Assembly: GCA_016784445.1 (NCBI GenBank)
Contig: JADHUR010000001.1
Coordinates: 155,128-193,465, forward strand
Length of the DNA stretch: 38,338 nucleotides
Reading direction: 5' to 3'
Origin: Patescibacteria group bacterium
Lineage (GTDB): Bacteria; Patescibacteriota; Patescibacteriia; UBA1558
Shown here piece by piece: positions 17,444-25,951 of the stretch (position 1 is the first letter of the stretch; every line of letters starts with the position of its first letter). The translations under genes and the position numbers were made by a program. The notes beneath the pieces were generated by a model. The model was not told the origin of the DNA, did no database searches, and worked only from the letters and a program-made list of their open reading frames with translations.

Positions 17444-17478
17444 AAAACCCCTATCGATTACCTGATAGGGGTTTTTAT
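17444..17478. terminator. Bidirectional intrinsic terminator between pth and the orphan lipoprotein gene
   Basis: 12-bp stem AAAACCCCTATC/GATAGGGGTTTT with T tracts on both strands. Confidence 0.88.
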
Positions 17479-17925
17479 TTACTGCTGCAGAATTATTACC
17501 TGCTCATAGGTTGTTTCTATCCAAGAATCATTTAACTCAGAAAAGAAACCCTCACCTAAAGATGAAATAAAAGTCTGAATAGCACCTCCTAAACTTTTAT
17601 ACACTACTATTTCAACTAGCAGCTCTTCATCTTCATAAAATACAGCTTCCTGTGTTTTAGTTTTCATACCGCCAATCCAGCTGTCAGAGAATACAACCAC
17701 TGCATCATTACCATACTCTGTAATATATACACCAATTGCTCTATCATTACCGTTAATAACACTAACCTGCTTGCCAGTGATTGCGCCAAAGTCAAATTCA
17801 ATTTCAATGTGACCAATCTCATACACCCCAACATTATTATCTGTAGTCAGATAATAGATATCTGGCTCAGGTGCAGCTTCCTGACATGACATGAAAAGTA
17901 CAACAATCAATATTAAAGCACGCAT
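17479..17925 (-). CDS. Hypothetical predicted lipoprotein (148 aa)
   Basis: MRALILIVVLFMS|C lipobox-like signal; SD AAGGAG at 17932-17937; beta-rich acidic mature part. Confidence 0.7.
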   Translation of the reverse strand: MRALILIVVLFMSCQEAAPEPDIYYLTTDNNVGVYEIGHIEIEFDFGAITGKQVSVINGNDRAIGVYITEYGNDAVVVFSDSWIGGMKTKTQEAVFYEDEELLVEIVVYKSLGGAIQTFISSLGEGFFSELNDSWIETTYEQVIILQQ

Positions 17926-17955
17926 TTTAAACTCCTTTATTCTTACGTTTATAAT

Positions 17956-17984
17956 ATTATATAAAAGAAAAAGGGCCGTATCAA
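17956..17984 (-). promoter_or_regulatory. Predicted sigma70 promoter for the lipoprotein gene, overlapping the upstream terminator
   Basis: TTGATA-17 nt-TATAAT. Confidence 0.6.
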
Positions 17985-18000
17985 TTTGCCGACCCTTTTT
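17963..18000 (-). terminator. Intrinsic terminator closing the unannotated minus-strand transcript
   Basis: AAAAAGGGTCG...CGGCCCTTTTT followed by CTTTT; one G-U pair forms only on the minus strand. Confidence 0.7.
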
Positions 18001-18249
18001 TATTGTATCAGCTTAATCTGAGAAATCTTGATCCAACAAGCAAGTAAGTATAACTTGACCCCAGACCGACTGCTGATACTATAAACAATTTAATGAACAC
18101 TATCCTACAAACCAGTGTAAGATGTTAATCACAAGGATTAAACACCTTAACTCAATAGCAATGAAAATATGAACAAGGAGGGGTGTCATAATTTCGACGC
18201 TACTGGCTAGTAGGATATTGTCCACTAATATTTGCGTTTCAATGAATAA
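17963..18249 (-). ncRNA. Candidate structured non-coding RNA (~290 nt), family unrecognised
   Basis: Own promoter and terminator; domain 1 is a ~27-bp stem (18090-18228) with internal hairpin 18118-18149; domain 2 is closed by GTATCAGC/GCTGATAC; several G-U pairs favour the minus strand. Confidence 0.6.
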
Positions 18250-18260
18250 TAAGGTATATT
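18232..18260 (+). promoter_or_regulatory. Predicted promoter for mfd
   Basis: TTGCGT-17 nt-TATATT. Confidence 0.5.
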
Positions 18261-18284
18261 AGCATAGAAATAAATACTTGTCAA
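18256..18284 (-). promoter_or_regulatory. Predicted strong sigma70 promoter driving the candidate ncRNA
   Basis: TTGACA-17 nt-TAATAT with TG extended -10; no annotated gene within 330 nt downstream. Confidence 0.72.
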
Positions 18285-18293
18285 GATGTAGCT

Positions 18294-21200
18294 GTGGAAA
18301 TTACAAGAAAATTGCCTAAAAAATACATTATTTCAGGCAATAACAATATTTTGAATAGAGCATATCTTACCCCCCTATTATATAAAAATGGGGTATTTTG
18401 GCATTGTGTAAGTAATGATTATGAAATAGCTAGATTGAATAAATTACTTAAATGGTGGTTTAAACAAGAAAAAATAAATAAGCCGAATATTTTACTTTGG
18501 CCAAATGATAAAGAATTAACACCTGAACATTATTACCATATTATATCAACAAGTAATAATATTATTATTACTACCCCAACTAATATATTATCTAAGACAA
18601 TTAATCTTAAGGAATTTGAAGATAATATAATACTAATACATAAAGGAGATAAACTAAATCTACCAGATATTAAATCTAGACTAATTAAGATTGGCTATGA
18701 AGTTAATACTCAAGCAGACGATAAGGGATTAATATCTTATCGTGGATTCATTTTAGATATTTGGTCACCTCAGTTAAATAATCCTATTAGAATAGAACTG
18801 GACAATGATACTGTAAAAGATATTTCTATAATAAATAATGAGACGAAAAAGAAAATTAAATCATTAGAAAGGGTTCAAATAATACAAGCTGTTCTTAATT
18901 CTAAATTAAAAACTCCCCTATTATCTATATTAGATAAACATAATATTTTAATAGATAATTCTGAAATAATTGAACATCCTGAAATTGAAGAAAGTTTTTT
19001 AAATAATATATATGCAATCAAACCTATTCATGAAGAAAAAAGTATAGCATCCCTCAGAAATACAGATTATTTTCATGGAAATCCTAGGGGGTTAAAAAAA
19101 TATATTGAAGATAATAAGCCAAATATTATTACACAAAGTAAGGATAGAATAGAACACTTATTAAATGAATTAAAAGTAAATACAAATATATCAGAATTTA
19201 AGGACTTCTTATTCCCAGGTATGGAAGATAGAAAGAGAGACAAGCATTATTTAACAGATATAAACATCTTCAAAGCAGAAGTAATAAAAGTCAATAAACA
19301 AGATAATGTTTATCAAGTAGATATTAATCAAGGAGACTTCATTGTCCATAGAGATCATGGTATTGCTAAATTTACAAAAACAGTTTTCCAAACTGTAGAT
19401 GGCATTGAAAGAGAATATTTTTTACTTCAATATAGGGACGAAGACAAACTATATTTACCAATAGATCAATTGGACAGAATAAGTAAATATCTTGGTATTA
19501 AAAATCCAAAACTACATAGACTAGGTGCTGCTTCAACTTGGCCACAGATAATCCGTAAAGTAAAAGAAGATATTATTAAAATGGCACAGCAATTACTTAA
19601 TCTATATGCTAGGCGCGAATTAAGTAAAGCAATGGCATTAAAACCCTTTATAGGTGAAGAAAAGAAATTAGCAAATAGTTTTCCCTATGAAGAAACACCA
19701 GATCAAAAAAGGGCACTAAAAGAAACATTAGATGATTTAAATAAAACAGAACCAACCGATAGATTAATCTGTGGTGATGTAGGCTTTGGTAAAACAGAAA
19801 TTGCAGTCAGAGCAGCATACAGAGCTGTTCTTAATAAGCAACAAGTTATACTACTCTGCCCTACTACGATTCTAGCTCAACAACATTATGATACTTTTAT
19901 TTCTAGATTTAAAGATTATTCTATTAATATTGCACTATTATCTAGATTTGTAGATACAAAAAAACAAACAGAAAATATATCAGATATTAATAGAGGTAAA
20001 GTAGATATAGTAATTGGTACGCATAGACTATTATCTAAAGACATTAAATTCAATAAAGCAGGATTAATAATCATAGACGAAGAACAACAGTTCGGTGTTA
20101 AAGATAAGGAAAAGCTAAAGGATTTAAAAACAACAGCCCATATAATAGCTTTATCAGCCACACCAATACCAAGAACATTAAATCTAAGTTTAAGTGGTAT
20201 ACGAGATATTAGTGTCATAGCAACTGCTCCTATTGGTAGATTACCAATTAAAACAACTGTGAAGAAATACTCTGAGGAGATTATTAAGGATGCCCTTAAA
20301 TTTGAACTTGAACGTAAGGGGCAAGCATATTATCTATATAATAAGGTTGAAACAATAGATGAACAGCTTAAGTTTTTAAAAAAACTATTACCAAATTATA
20401 CATATGGTATTGTTCATGGACAATTACCTTCAAAAGAAATTGCAGCTACTATGCACGACTTTGACATCGGTAAAATAGATATTCTTATTTGCTCTACAAT
20501 TATTGCTAATGGCCTAGACCTTCCCAATGTTAATACTTTAATAGTAACAGGGGCGCAGAACTTTGGACTGGCACAGCTTTATCAAATAAGAGGTAGAATT
20601 GGCAGATCACATAAACAAGCGCATGCCTATTTCCTTTATAATTCTCAAAAATTAAAAGGCCTTGCCGCTGAAAGACTACAAGCTCTCCAAGAAGCAGAAG
20701 CCTTGGGTTCTGGCTTTCAAATAGCTACCCGAGATATGGAAATAAGGGGTATTGGTAATATATTAGGGAAAAAACAACATGGTAAAGTTTCACTTATTGG
20801 ACTTACTCTTTATAATGAACTAATAAAACAAACTGTTAGTGAAATTAAATCTGGACTCATACCAGCTCCTTTAGTAGACGCAACTATAGACTTACCAATA
20901 AGCATTGGACTTCCTCAAGATTATCTCAAGTCTGAAAGTAGTCGTTTAAGATATTATCAGCTACTTGCTAATTGTAATGAAATAGATAAATTAGATAGTC
21001 ATTTCAAAAGATTGCCAAAGCCTTGGCCACAAAAAGTTAAAAACCTCAAAGAAATAACAGAGCTCCGAATACTTGCAGAAAAAGCTGGTATAAATTTAAT
21101 AACAGCTAAACATATTAGAAATGAACAATCTTTTAATATTTATTTATATATACATTTCTCGGAAGAATTAGATTATTCAATAGTAAGTAAACTTCTAAAA

Positions 21201-21323
21201 CAAAATTCTAATTGGGAATTTAAAGAGAATGTTCTTAAAATAGATAAAACAAAACTAGATAATAATTGGCTTACAAACTTAAAAAAAGTAATACAAATGT
21301 TTATTAGAAATGAATCAAATTAA
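18294..21323 (+). CDS. mfd: Transcription-repair coupling factor (divergent, shortened N-terminus)
   Basis: RID region (GDFIVHRDHGIAKF), GDVGFGKT, DEEQ, SATPIPRT, QIRGRIGRS, TRG motif (GSGFQIATRDMEIRG); GTG start. Confidence 0.95.
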   Translation: MEITRKLPKKYIISGNNNILNRAYLTPLLYKNGVFWHCVSNDYEIARLNKLLKWWFKQEKINKPNILLWPNDKELTPEHYYHIISTSNNIIITTPTNILSKTINLKEFEDNIILIHKGDKLNLPDIKSRLIKIGYEVNTQADDKGLISYRGFILDIWSPQLNNPIRIELDNDTVKDISIINNETKKKIKSLERVQIIQAVLNSKLKTPLLSILDKHNILIDNSEIIEHPEIEESFLNNIYAIKPIHEEKSIASLRNTDYFHGNPRGLKKYIEDNKPNIITQSKDRIEHLLNELKVNTNISEFKDFLFPGMEDRKRDKHYLTDINIFKAEVIKVNKQDNVYQVDINQGDFIVHRDHGIAKFTKTVFQTVDGIEREYFLLQYRDEDKLYLPIDQLDRISKYLGIKNPKLHRLGAASTWPQIIRKVKEDIIKMAQQLLNLYARRELSKAMALKPFIGEEKKLANSFPYEETPDQKRALKETLDDLNKTEPTDRLICGDVGFGKTEIAVRAAYRAVLNKQQVILLCPTTILAQQHYDTFISRFKDYSINIALLSRFVDTKKQTENISDINRGKVDIVIGTHRLLSKDIKFNKAGLIIIDEEQQFGVKDKEKLKDLKTTAHIIALSATPIPRTLNLSLSGIRDISVIATAPIGRLPIKTTVKKYSEEIIKDALKFELERKGQAYYLYNKVETIDEQLKFLKKLLPNYTYGIVHGQLPSKEIAATMHDFDIGKIDILICSTIIANGLDLPNVNTLIVTGAQNFGLAQLYQIRGRIGRSHKQAHAYFLYNSQKLKGLAAERLQALQEAEALGSGFQIATRDMEIRGIGNILGKKQHGKVSLIGLTLYNELIKQTVSEIKSGLIPAPLVDATIDLPISIGLPQDYLKSESSRLRYYQLLANCNEIDKLDSHFKRLPKPWPQKVKNLKEITELRILAEKAGINLITAKHIRNEQSFNIYLYIHFSEELDYSIVSKLLKQNSNWEFKENVLKIDKTKLDNNWLTNLKKVIQMFIRNESN

Positions 21324-21381
21324 AAAATACTTGCAATTATTTCAAATAATATATAAGGTATAAGCACATAAGAAATAATAT

Positions 21382-22263
21382 ATGAATAAACAAAGGGTCC
21401 TAATTCGGGCTCTTTCTTTAATTCCCAATTTAGGACCGGTATCTATAATTAAAATAATGCGAGTCTATCCAAATCTAGAAGATCTTTGGCGGGATTCTAA
21501 TACAAATATTAATAGAAATCTTGGCAATATCATTACAGGTAAAATATTCCCAGCTATATATAATATTAATGCGTACAAACTTGAAGAGGAAATTAATTCA
21601 TCAGATATTAAATACATTACAATACTAGATAAGGAATACCCCTATCTATTAAAACAGATCTATGATCCTCCCATTATAATATATTATAAAGGGAATATTA
21701 ATGCCTTTGGTAATGAAAGATATTTAGCAGTAGTGGGTCCAAGAAAGATATCTAGCTATGGAATGGAAGTGATTCCTTATTTACTCAATTCAATTGCAAA
21801 AGAAAATATCACCATCGTTTCTGGTCTTGCCATAGGTGTTGATTCTGAAGCGCATAAAGTAGCTATTAAAAATCATAAACCAACAATTGCAGTCCTTGGT
21901 AGTGGAATAGATAACAATTCTATATATCCTAAACAAAACTTAGGTCTAGTTCAAGAAATAATAGATAATAATGGACTAATAATATCTGAATACCCTCCAG
22001 GAACATCGCCAAAAGCTCAAAATTTCCCGAGAAGAAATCGTATCATATCGGGACTTTGCCAAGCCAGTCTCATTATTGAAGCGGCTGAGAGATCAGGCTC
22101 ATTAATAACTGCCTATCAAGCACTTGAACAGAACCGTGAAGTACTGGCAGTACCCGGCCATATACTATTGACAAATTCACTTGGAACTAATAAACTACTC
22201 CAGCGTGGTGCAAGACTAATAGTAAGCAGTGAAGACATATTAGAGATATACAATCAATACTGA
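21382..22263 (+). CDS. dprA: DNA processing protein DprA (Smf)
   Basis: YPYLLKQIYDPP, AVVGPRK, VSGLAIGVDSEAH, FPRRNRIISGL, EAAERSGSLITA. Confidence 0.96.
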   Translation: MNKQRVLIRALSLIPNLGPVSIIKIMRVYPNLEDLWRDSNTNINRNLGNIITGKIFPAIYNINAYKLEEEINSSDIKYITILDKEYPYLLKQIYDPPIIIYYKGNINAFGNERYLAVVGPRKISSYGMEVIPYLLNSIAKENITIVSGLAIGVDSEAHKVAIKNHKPTIAVLGSGIDNNSIYPKQNLGLVQEIIDNNGLIISEYPPGTSPKAQNFPRRNRIISGLCQASLIIEAAERSGSLITAYQALEQNREVLAVPGHILLTNSLGTNKLLQRGARLIVSSEDILEIYNQY

Positions 22264-22279
22264 AAGCTACATATTATAG

Positions 22280-22308
22280 TTGCTTATTTACAGTAAAATT
22301 AGTAAAAT
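22280..22308 (+). promoter_or_regulatory. Predicted promoter for the folC-like gene
   Basis: TTGCTT-17 nt-TAAAAT. Confidence 0.5.
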
Positions 22309-22368
22309 AGATATTGTTTAATTAAATACCGCAATAAACTCAGACTACTCTTAAGGCGGCTCTTATCA

Positions 22369-23640
22369 TTGTATATAAAATTTATGGGAATCAAACACGA
22401 CATTGAAAAATATCATCGTGCAGTTGACTTTCTTGAAGGCCTTGTTGGTATGTATGGCGAGAATAAAGTACCTGTAAAAAACAAGCTTAGAATCTTCAAA
22501 GAATATCTCCATGAAATTGGTGACCCTCACACAAAGTGTAAGGTTATTCATGTTGCGGGTACAGCTGGTAAAGGAACCACAGCATCATTGATACATTCGA
22601 CACTAGTTAAGGCAGGTTATAAGGTTGGGCTATATATGTCACCTCACACAACCACCTTAACAGAACGTATTAAACTTAATAACAGATATATTGCAGCTGA
22701 AGCTCTATATAATATTATAGACAAAATAAAACCTGCTATGCACGAGATAGATATTCCACCAAATTTCTTTGGCATGACACTGGCTATTGCTTTTAAATAC
22801 TTTGCTGAAGAAAAGTGCGATTATGTTGTTTTAGAAGCTTTACTTGGTGGTAAATATGATCACACTAATGTAGTTCCACAAGCTGAAGTAACAGTTATTA
22901 CAAATGTTGGATATGACCATACTGCAGTACTTGGAAAAACTCTTAAAGAAATTGCTACTCAAAAAGCAGGTATTATTAAAAGGGGTACTAAAGCACTTAC
23001 GTCAGAAAATAAACCTCGAGCTTTAAAGGTTATTAGAGAAAGATGTGAGGCTGTTAATGTACCGCTTACAATAATTGAACCAAATGGTGATCATTATAAA
23101 GATATAAATGTAAGATTAGCTCAGGCTGCTATATATAAGCTAGGTGTAAAACAAAAGATTACAAAATCTATTATTGCTAACTCAGCTAAATTGCCATGTC
23201 GTGAAGAAGTTATGCAAACCAGACCAATGGTAATGCTAGATGGTGCACATAATCCACCAAAGATAAAAGCAATAACATCAACTATAAAAAAGATGAAAAA
23301 GCCTTTAAAATATTTAATCATTGGTATGTCAGCTAATAAAGACTGGCGAACTTGTTTAAAGGAAATCGTACCAGAGGCAAAGTATATATATTTAACTAAA
23401 TATTTAAGCTCAAGACGTTCTACTGTTTCACCTCTAAGAATGAAGAAATATATAAATAAACACTTCCCTAAGAAAAAAGTTGAACTATTCTGGGATGCAA
23501 CTGATGCATTAAATACAGCTCTTGATAGAGCTAAAAAAAGAGATGTTATTTTAGTTACTGGATCTATGTATTTAGCTGGAGAATTAAGAACTCACTGGAT
23601 TCCAGAAGATAATATTCTAAGATATAGATCTAGCTTCTAA
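22369..23640 (+). CDS. folC: FolC-like folylpolyglutamate synthase/dihydrofolate synthase (Mur ligase superfamily), divergent
   Basis: IHVAGTAGKGTT, GLYMSPH, ERI, GGKYDHTNVV, LDGAHNP, VTGSMYLAGE; the start could be ATG 22384. Confidence 0.82.
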   Translation: MYIKFMGIKHDIEKYHRAVDFLEGLVGMYGENKVPVKNKLRIFKEYLHEIGDPHTKCKVIHVAGTAGKGTTASLIHSTLVKAGYKVGLYMSPHTTTLTERIKLNNRYIAAEALYNIIDKIKPAMHEIDIPPNFFGMTLAIAFKYFAEEKCDYVVLEALLGGKYDHTNVVPQAEVTVITNVGYDHTAVLGKTLKEIATQKAGIIKRGTKALTSENKPRALKVIRERCEAVNVPLTIIEPNGDHYKDINVRLAQAAIYKLGVKQKITKSIIANSAKLPCREEVMQTRPMVMLDGAHNPPKIKAITSTIKKMKKPLKYLIIGMSANKDWRTCLKEIVPEAKYIYLTKYLSSRRSTVSPLRMKKYINKHFPKKKVELFWDATDALNTALDRAKKRDVILVTGSMYLAGELRTHWIPEDNILRYRSSF

Positions 23641-23641
23641 T

Positions 23642-23670
23642 TTGACTTGGCTAAAGATATATACTATCTT
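23642..23670 (+). promoter_or_regulatory. Predicted promoter for topA
   Basis: TTGACT-17 nt-TATCTT. Confidence 0.45.
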
Positions 23671-23693
23671 GAAACATATTAAACTAATATTAT

Positions 23694-25895
23694 ATGAGTA
23701 AAAAATTAGCAATAGTAGAATCTCCAACAAAAGCCAAGACTATTAGTCGTTTCCTGGGTAAGGAATGGGATGTTCAATCTTCTTTTGGACATATTAGAGA
23801 TCTTCCTAAAAGTAAACTTGGTGTAGATCCTGAAAATAATTTTGAACCTATATATGAGATTCCTATAAAAGCTAAGAAAGCTGTAGCTAATTTAAAAAAA
23901 AGAGTTACTAAAGATACTGAAGTTTATCTTGCAACTGATGAAGATCGTGAAGGAGAAGCTATTGCTTGGCACCTTATTCATGCTCTTAAATTAAAGCCTG
24001 GTAATACCAAACGTATTGCTTTTCATGAAATCACCAAAATAGCCGTAGAAGAGGCTATTGCTAATCCACGTGAGTTAGATGTTAATATGGTGAATGCACA
24101 GCAAGCAAGGCGCATTTTGGACAGAATAGTGGGTTATAAGCTATCGCCTTGGCTATGGAAAAAGGTAGCTAAGGGATTATCCGCTGGTCGTGTACAATCT
24201 GTAGCTGTGAGACTTACAGTTGAAAGAGAAAAAGAGATTGAAGCATTTAAAGCAGATGAATACTGGACTATTCTTGGAGAGTTTAAAAAGGGTTCAGACA
24301 TATTAAATACTCAACTCTCAAAGATAAATAATAAGAGAGTAGCTAAATTAGATATTAATAATGAAAAGGATGCAGCTAAGATTAAAAAAGAAGCTGAAGT
24401 TTTAGATTATACAATTACTGAAGTAAATAGTAGAAAAGAAAAGAAAAATCCACCAACTCCACTTACTACTTCCCTTCTACAACAAGAAGCTAATCGTAAA
24501 TTAGGTTTTTCATCTAAGCAAACTATGATGCTTGCTCAACAATTATATGAAGGTATTGAATTGGGCGGTAAAGAAAGTGAAGGTTTAATTACATATATGC
24601 GTACAGATTCACAGAATCTTAGTGATAAATTTATTAATGATGCACGAAGTTTAATTGAATCTAAGTTTGGGAAAGAATATTTACCAAAAAGTGCTAAGGT
24701 ATATAAGACAAAGAGTAAGAATGCTCAAGAAGCCCATGAAGCTATCAGGCCAACAAATGCGTCTAATGAGCCAGATAATATTAAATCTTACTTAAACGAT
24801 AAACAATATAAATTATATAAATTAATATGGAGCAGATCTATTGCTAGTCAAATGAATGCAGCTGAGATAAATGTAACTAGTATAAGTATTGAAGACAAAG
24901 ATTCTAAATATACTTTTACAACAACTGGATCTGTTATTGCATTCCCTGGTTATTTAGAAGTATATACAAACTTTAAGGGTAGTGATTTACTACCAGCTTG
25001 CTCTGAAAAAGACAAGGTAGATTTAGAAAAGATCATAAATGAACAACACTTCACTAAACCACCAGCACGTTATTCAGATGCTGGCCTTGTTAAAGAACTT
25101 GAGAAAAAAGGAATTGGCAGACCTTCAACTTATGCCCCTATTATCTCTACTATAATTGCCAGAAACTATGTAAGTAGAGAAGAAAAAAGATTAAAACCTA
25201 CAGATATAGGTACTATTGTTACGGAATTACTATTAAAACACTTCCCAGATATTTTAGATTATACATTTACTGCAAATATGGAAGAAGATTTAGATGAGAT
25301 ATCGCTGGGTAAAAAAGAATGGCAACCAGTAATTAAAAATTTTTATACTCCTTTTATGGATAATTTAGAAAAAAAATATGAAGAAGTCAGTAAAGATGAC
25401 TTAGTTGAAAAAACAGATGTACAATGTGATAAATGCGGTGCAGACATGGTTATTAAGATGGCACGCTTTGGCAAGTTTATGGCTTGTTCAAATTATCCAG
25501 ATTGTAAGAACACTAAAAATATTGGTGATGATAATAAACCAGAAGAAAAAGAAAAAATTGAAGAACAATGTGAAAAATGTGGATCTGAAATGGTTGTTAA
25601 GCATGGACGCTTTGGTAAATTTATAGCTTGTTCAAATTATCCAGATTGCAAACATACTAAACAAATTGTTGAAGAAACAGGAGCAGCTTGTCCAGATTGT
25701 AAAAAGGGCAAAATAGTTGCTAAAGGAACAAAGACTGGTAGAACATTTTATGCTTGTGATCAATACCCTAATTGTAAATTTGCTCTATGGCAAAAACCAA
25801 ATGGTGAAACCTGTCCAGATTGTAAATCCCTACTGGTATTTGGTAAGGATGATAAAATATTCTGTTCTAGTAAAGAATGTAAATTCGAAAAATAA
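23694..25895 (+). CDS. topA: DNA topoisomerase I with C-terminal zinc-ribbon repeats
   Basis: IVESPTKAKTI, ATDEDREGEAIAWH, SAGRVQS, catalytic ITYMRTDS, GIGRPSTY, C4 zinc fingers. Confidence 0.98.
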   Translation: MSKKLAIVESPTKAKTISRFLGKEWDVQSSFGHIRDLPKSKLGVDPENNFEPIYEIPIKAKKAVANLKKRVTKDTEVYLATDEDREGEAIAWHLIHALKLKPGNTKRIAFHEITKIAVEEAIANPRELDVNMVNAQQARRILDRIVGYKLSPWLWKKVAKGLSAGRVQSVAVRLTVEREKEIEAFKADEYWTILGEFKKGSDILNTQLSKINNKRVAKLDINNEKDAAKIKKEAEVLDYTITEVNSRKEKKNPPTPLTTSLLQQEANRKLGFSSKQTMMLAQQLYEGIELGGKESEGLITYMRTDSQNLSDKFINDARSLIESKFGKEYLPKSAKVYKTKSKNAQEAHEAIRPTNASNEPDNIKSYLNDKQYKLYKLIWSRSIASQMNAAEINVTSISIEDKDSKYTFTTTGSVIAFPGYLEVYTNFKGSDLLPACSEKDKVDLEKIINEQHFTKPPARYSDAGLVKELEKKGIGRPSTYAPIISTIIARNYVSREEKRLKPTDIGTIVTELLLKHFPDILDYTFTANMEEDLDEISLGKKEWQPVIKNFYTPFMDNLEKKYEEVSKDDLVEKTDVQCDKCGADMVIKMARFGKFMACSNYPDCKNTKNIGDDNKPEEKEKIEEQCEKCGSEMVVKHGRFGKFIACSNYPDCKHTKQIVEETGAACPDCKKGKIVAKGTKTGRTFYACDQYPNCKFALWQKPNGETCPDCKSLLVFGKDDKIFCSSKECKFEK

Positions 25896-25901
25896 TATAT
25901 A

Positions 25902-25932
25902 AAAAAATCCTGGATATATTCCAGGATTTTTT
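25902..25932. terminator. Bidirectional terminator between topA and the pilin gene
   Basis: AAAAAATCCTGGA-TATAT-TCCAGGATTTTTT perfect 13-bp stem. Confidence 0.9.
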
Positions 25933-25951
25933 ATTTAACAGTAATTTACAA

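Noticed and set aside
18010-18050. TPP riboswitch suggested by CTGAGAAAT...TGATC on the plus strand
   Set aside because: The remaining conserved elements (ACCC, AGCG-AGGGA) are missing and the promoter, terminator and G-U polarity point to the minus strand.
22320-22365. THF or ZTP riboswitch ahead of folC (CCGC...GCGG pairing)
   Set aside because: Only a 4-bp pairing, a short leader, and none of the conserved riboswitch core sequences that I know.
25420-25800. DNA repeats in the topA 3' end
   Set aside because: These are the ordinary duplicated zinc-ribbon domains of TopA.
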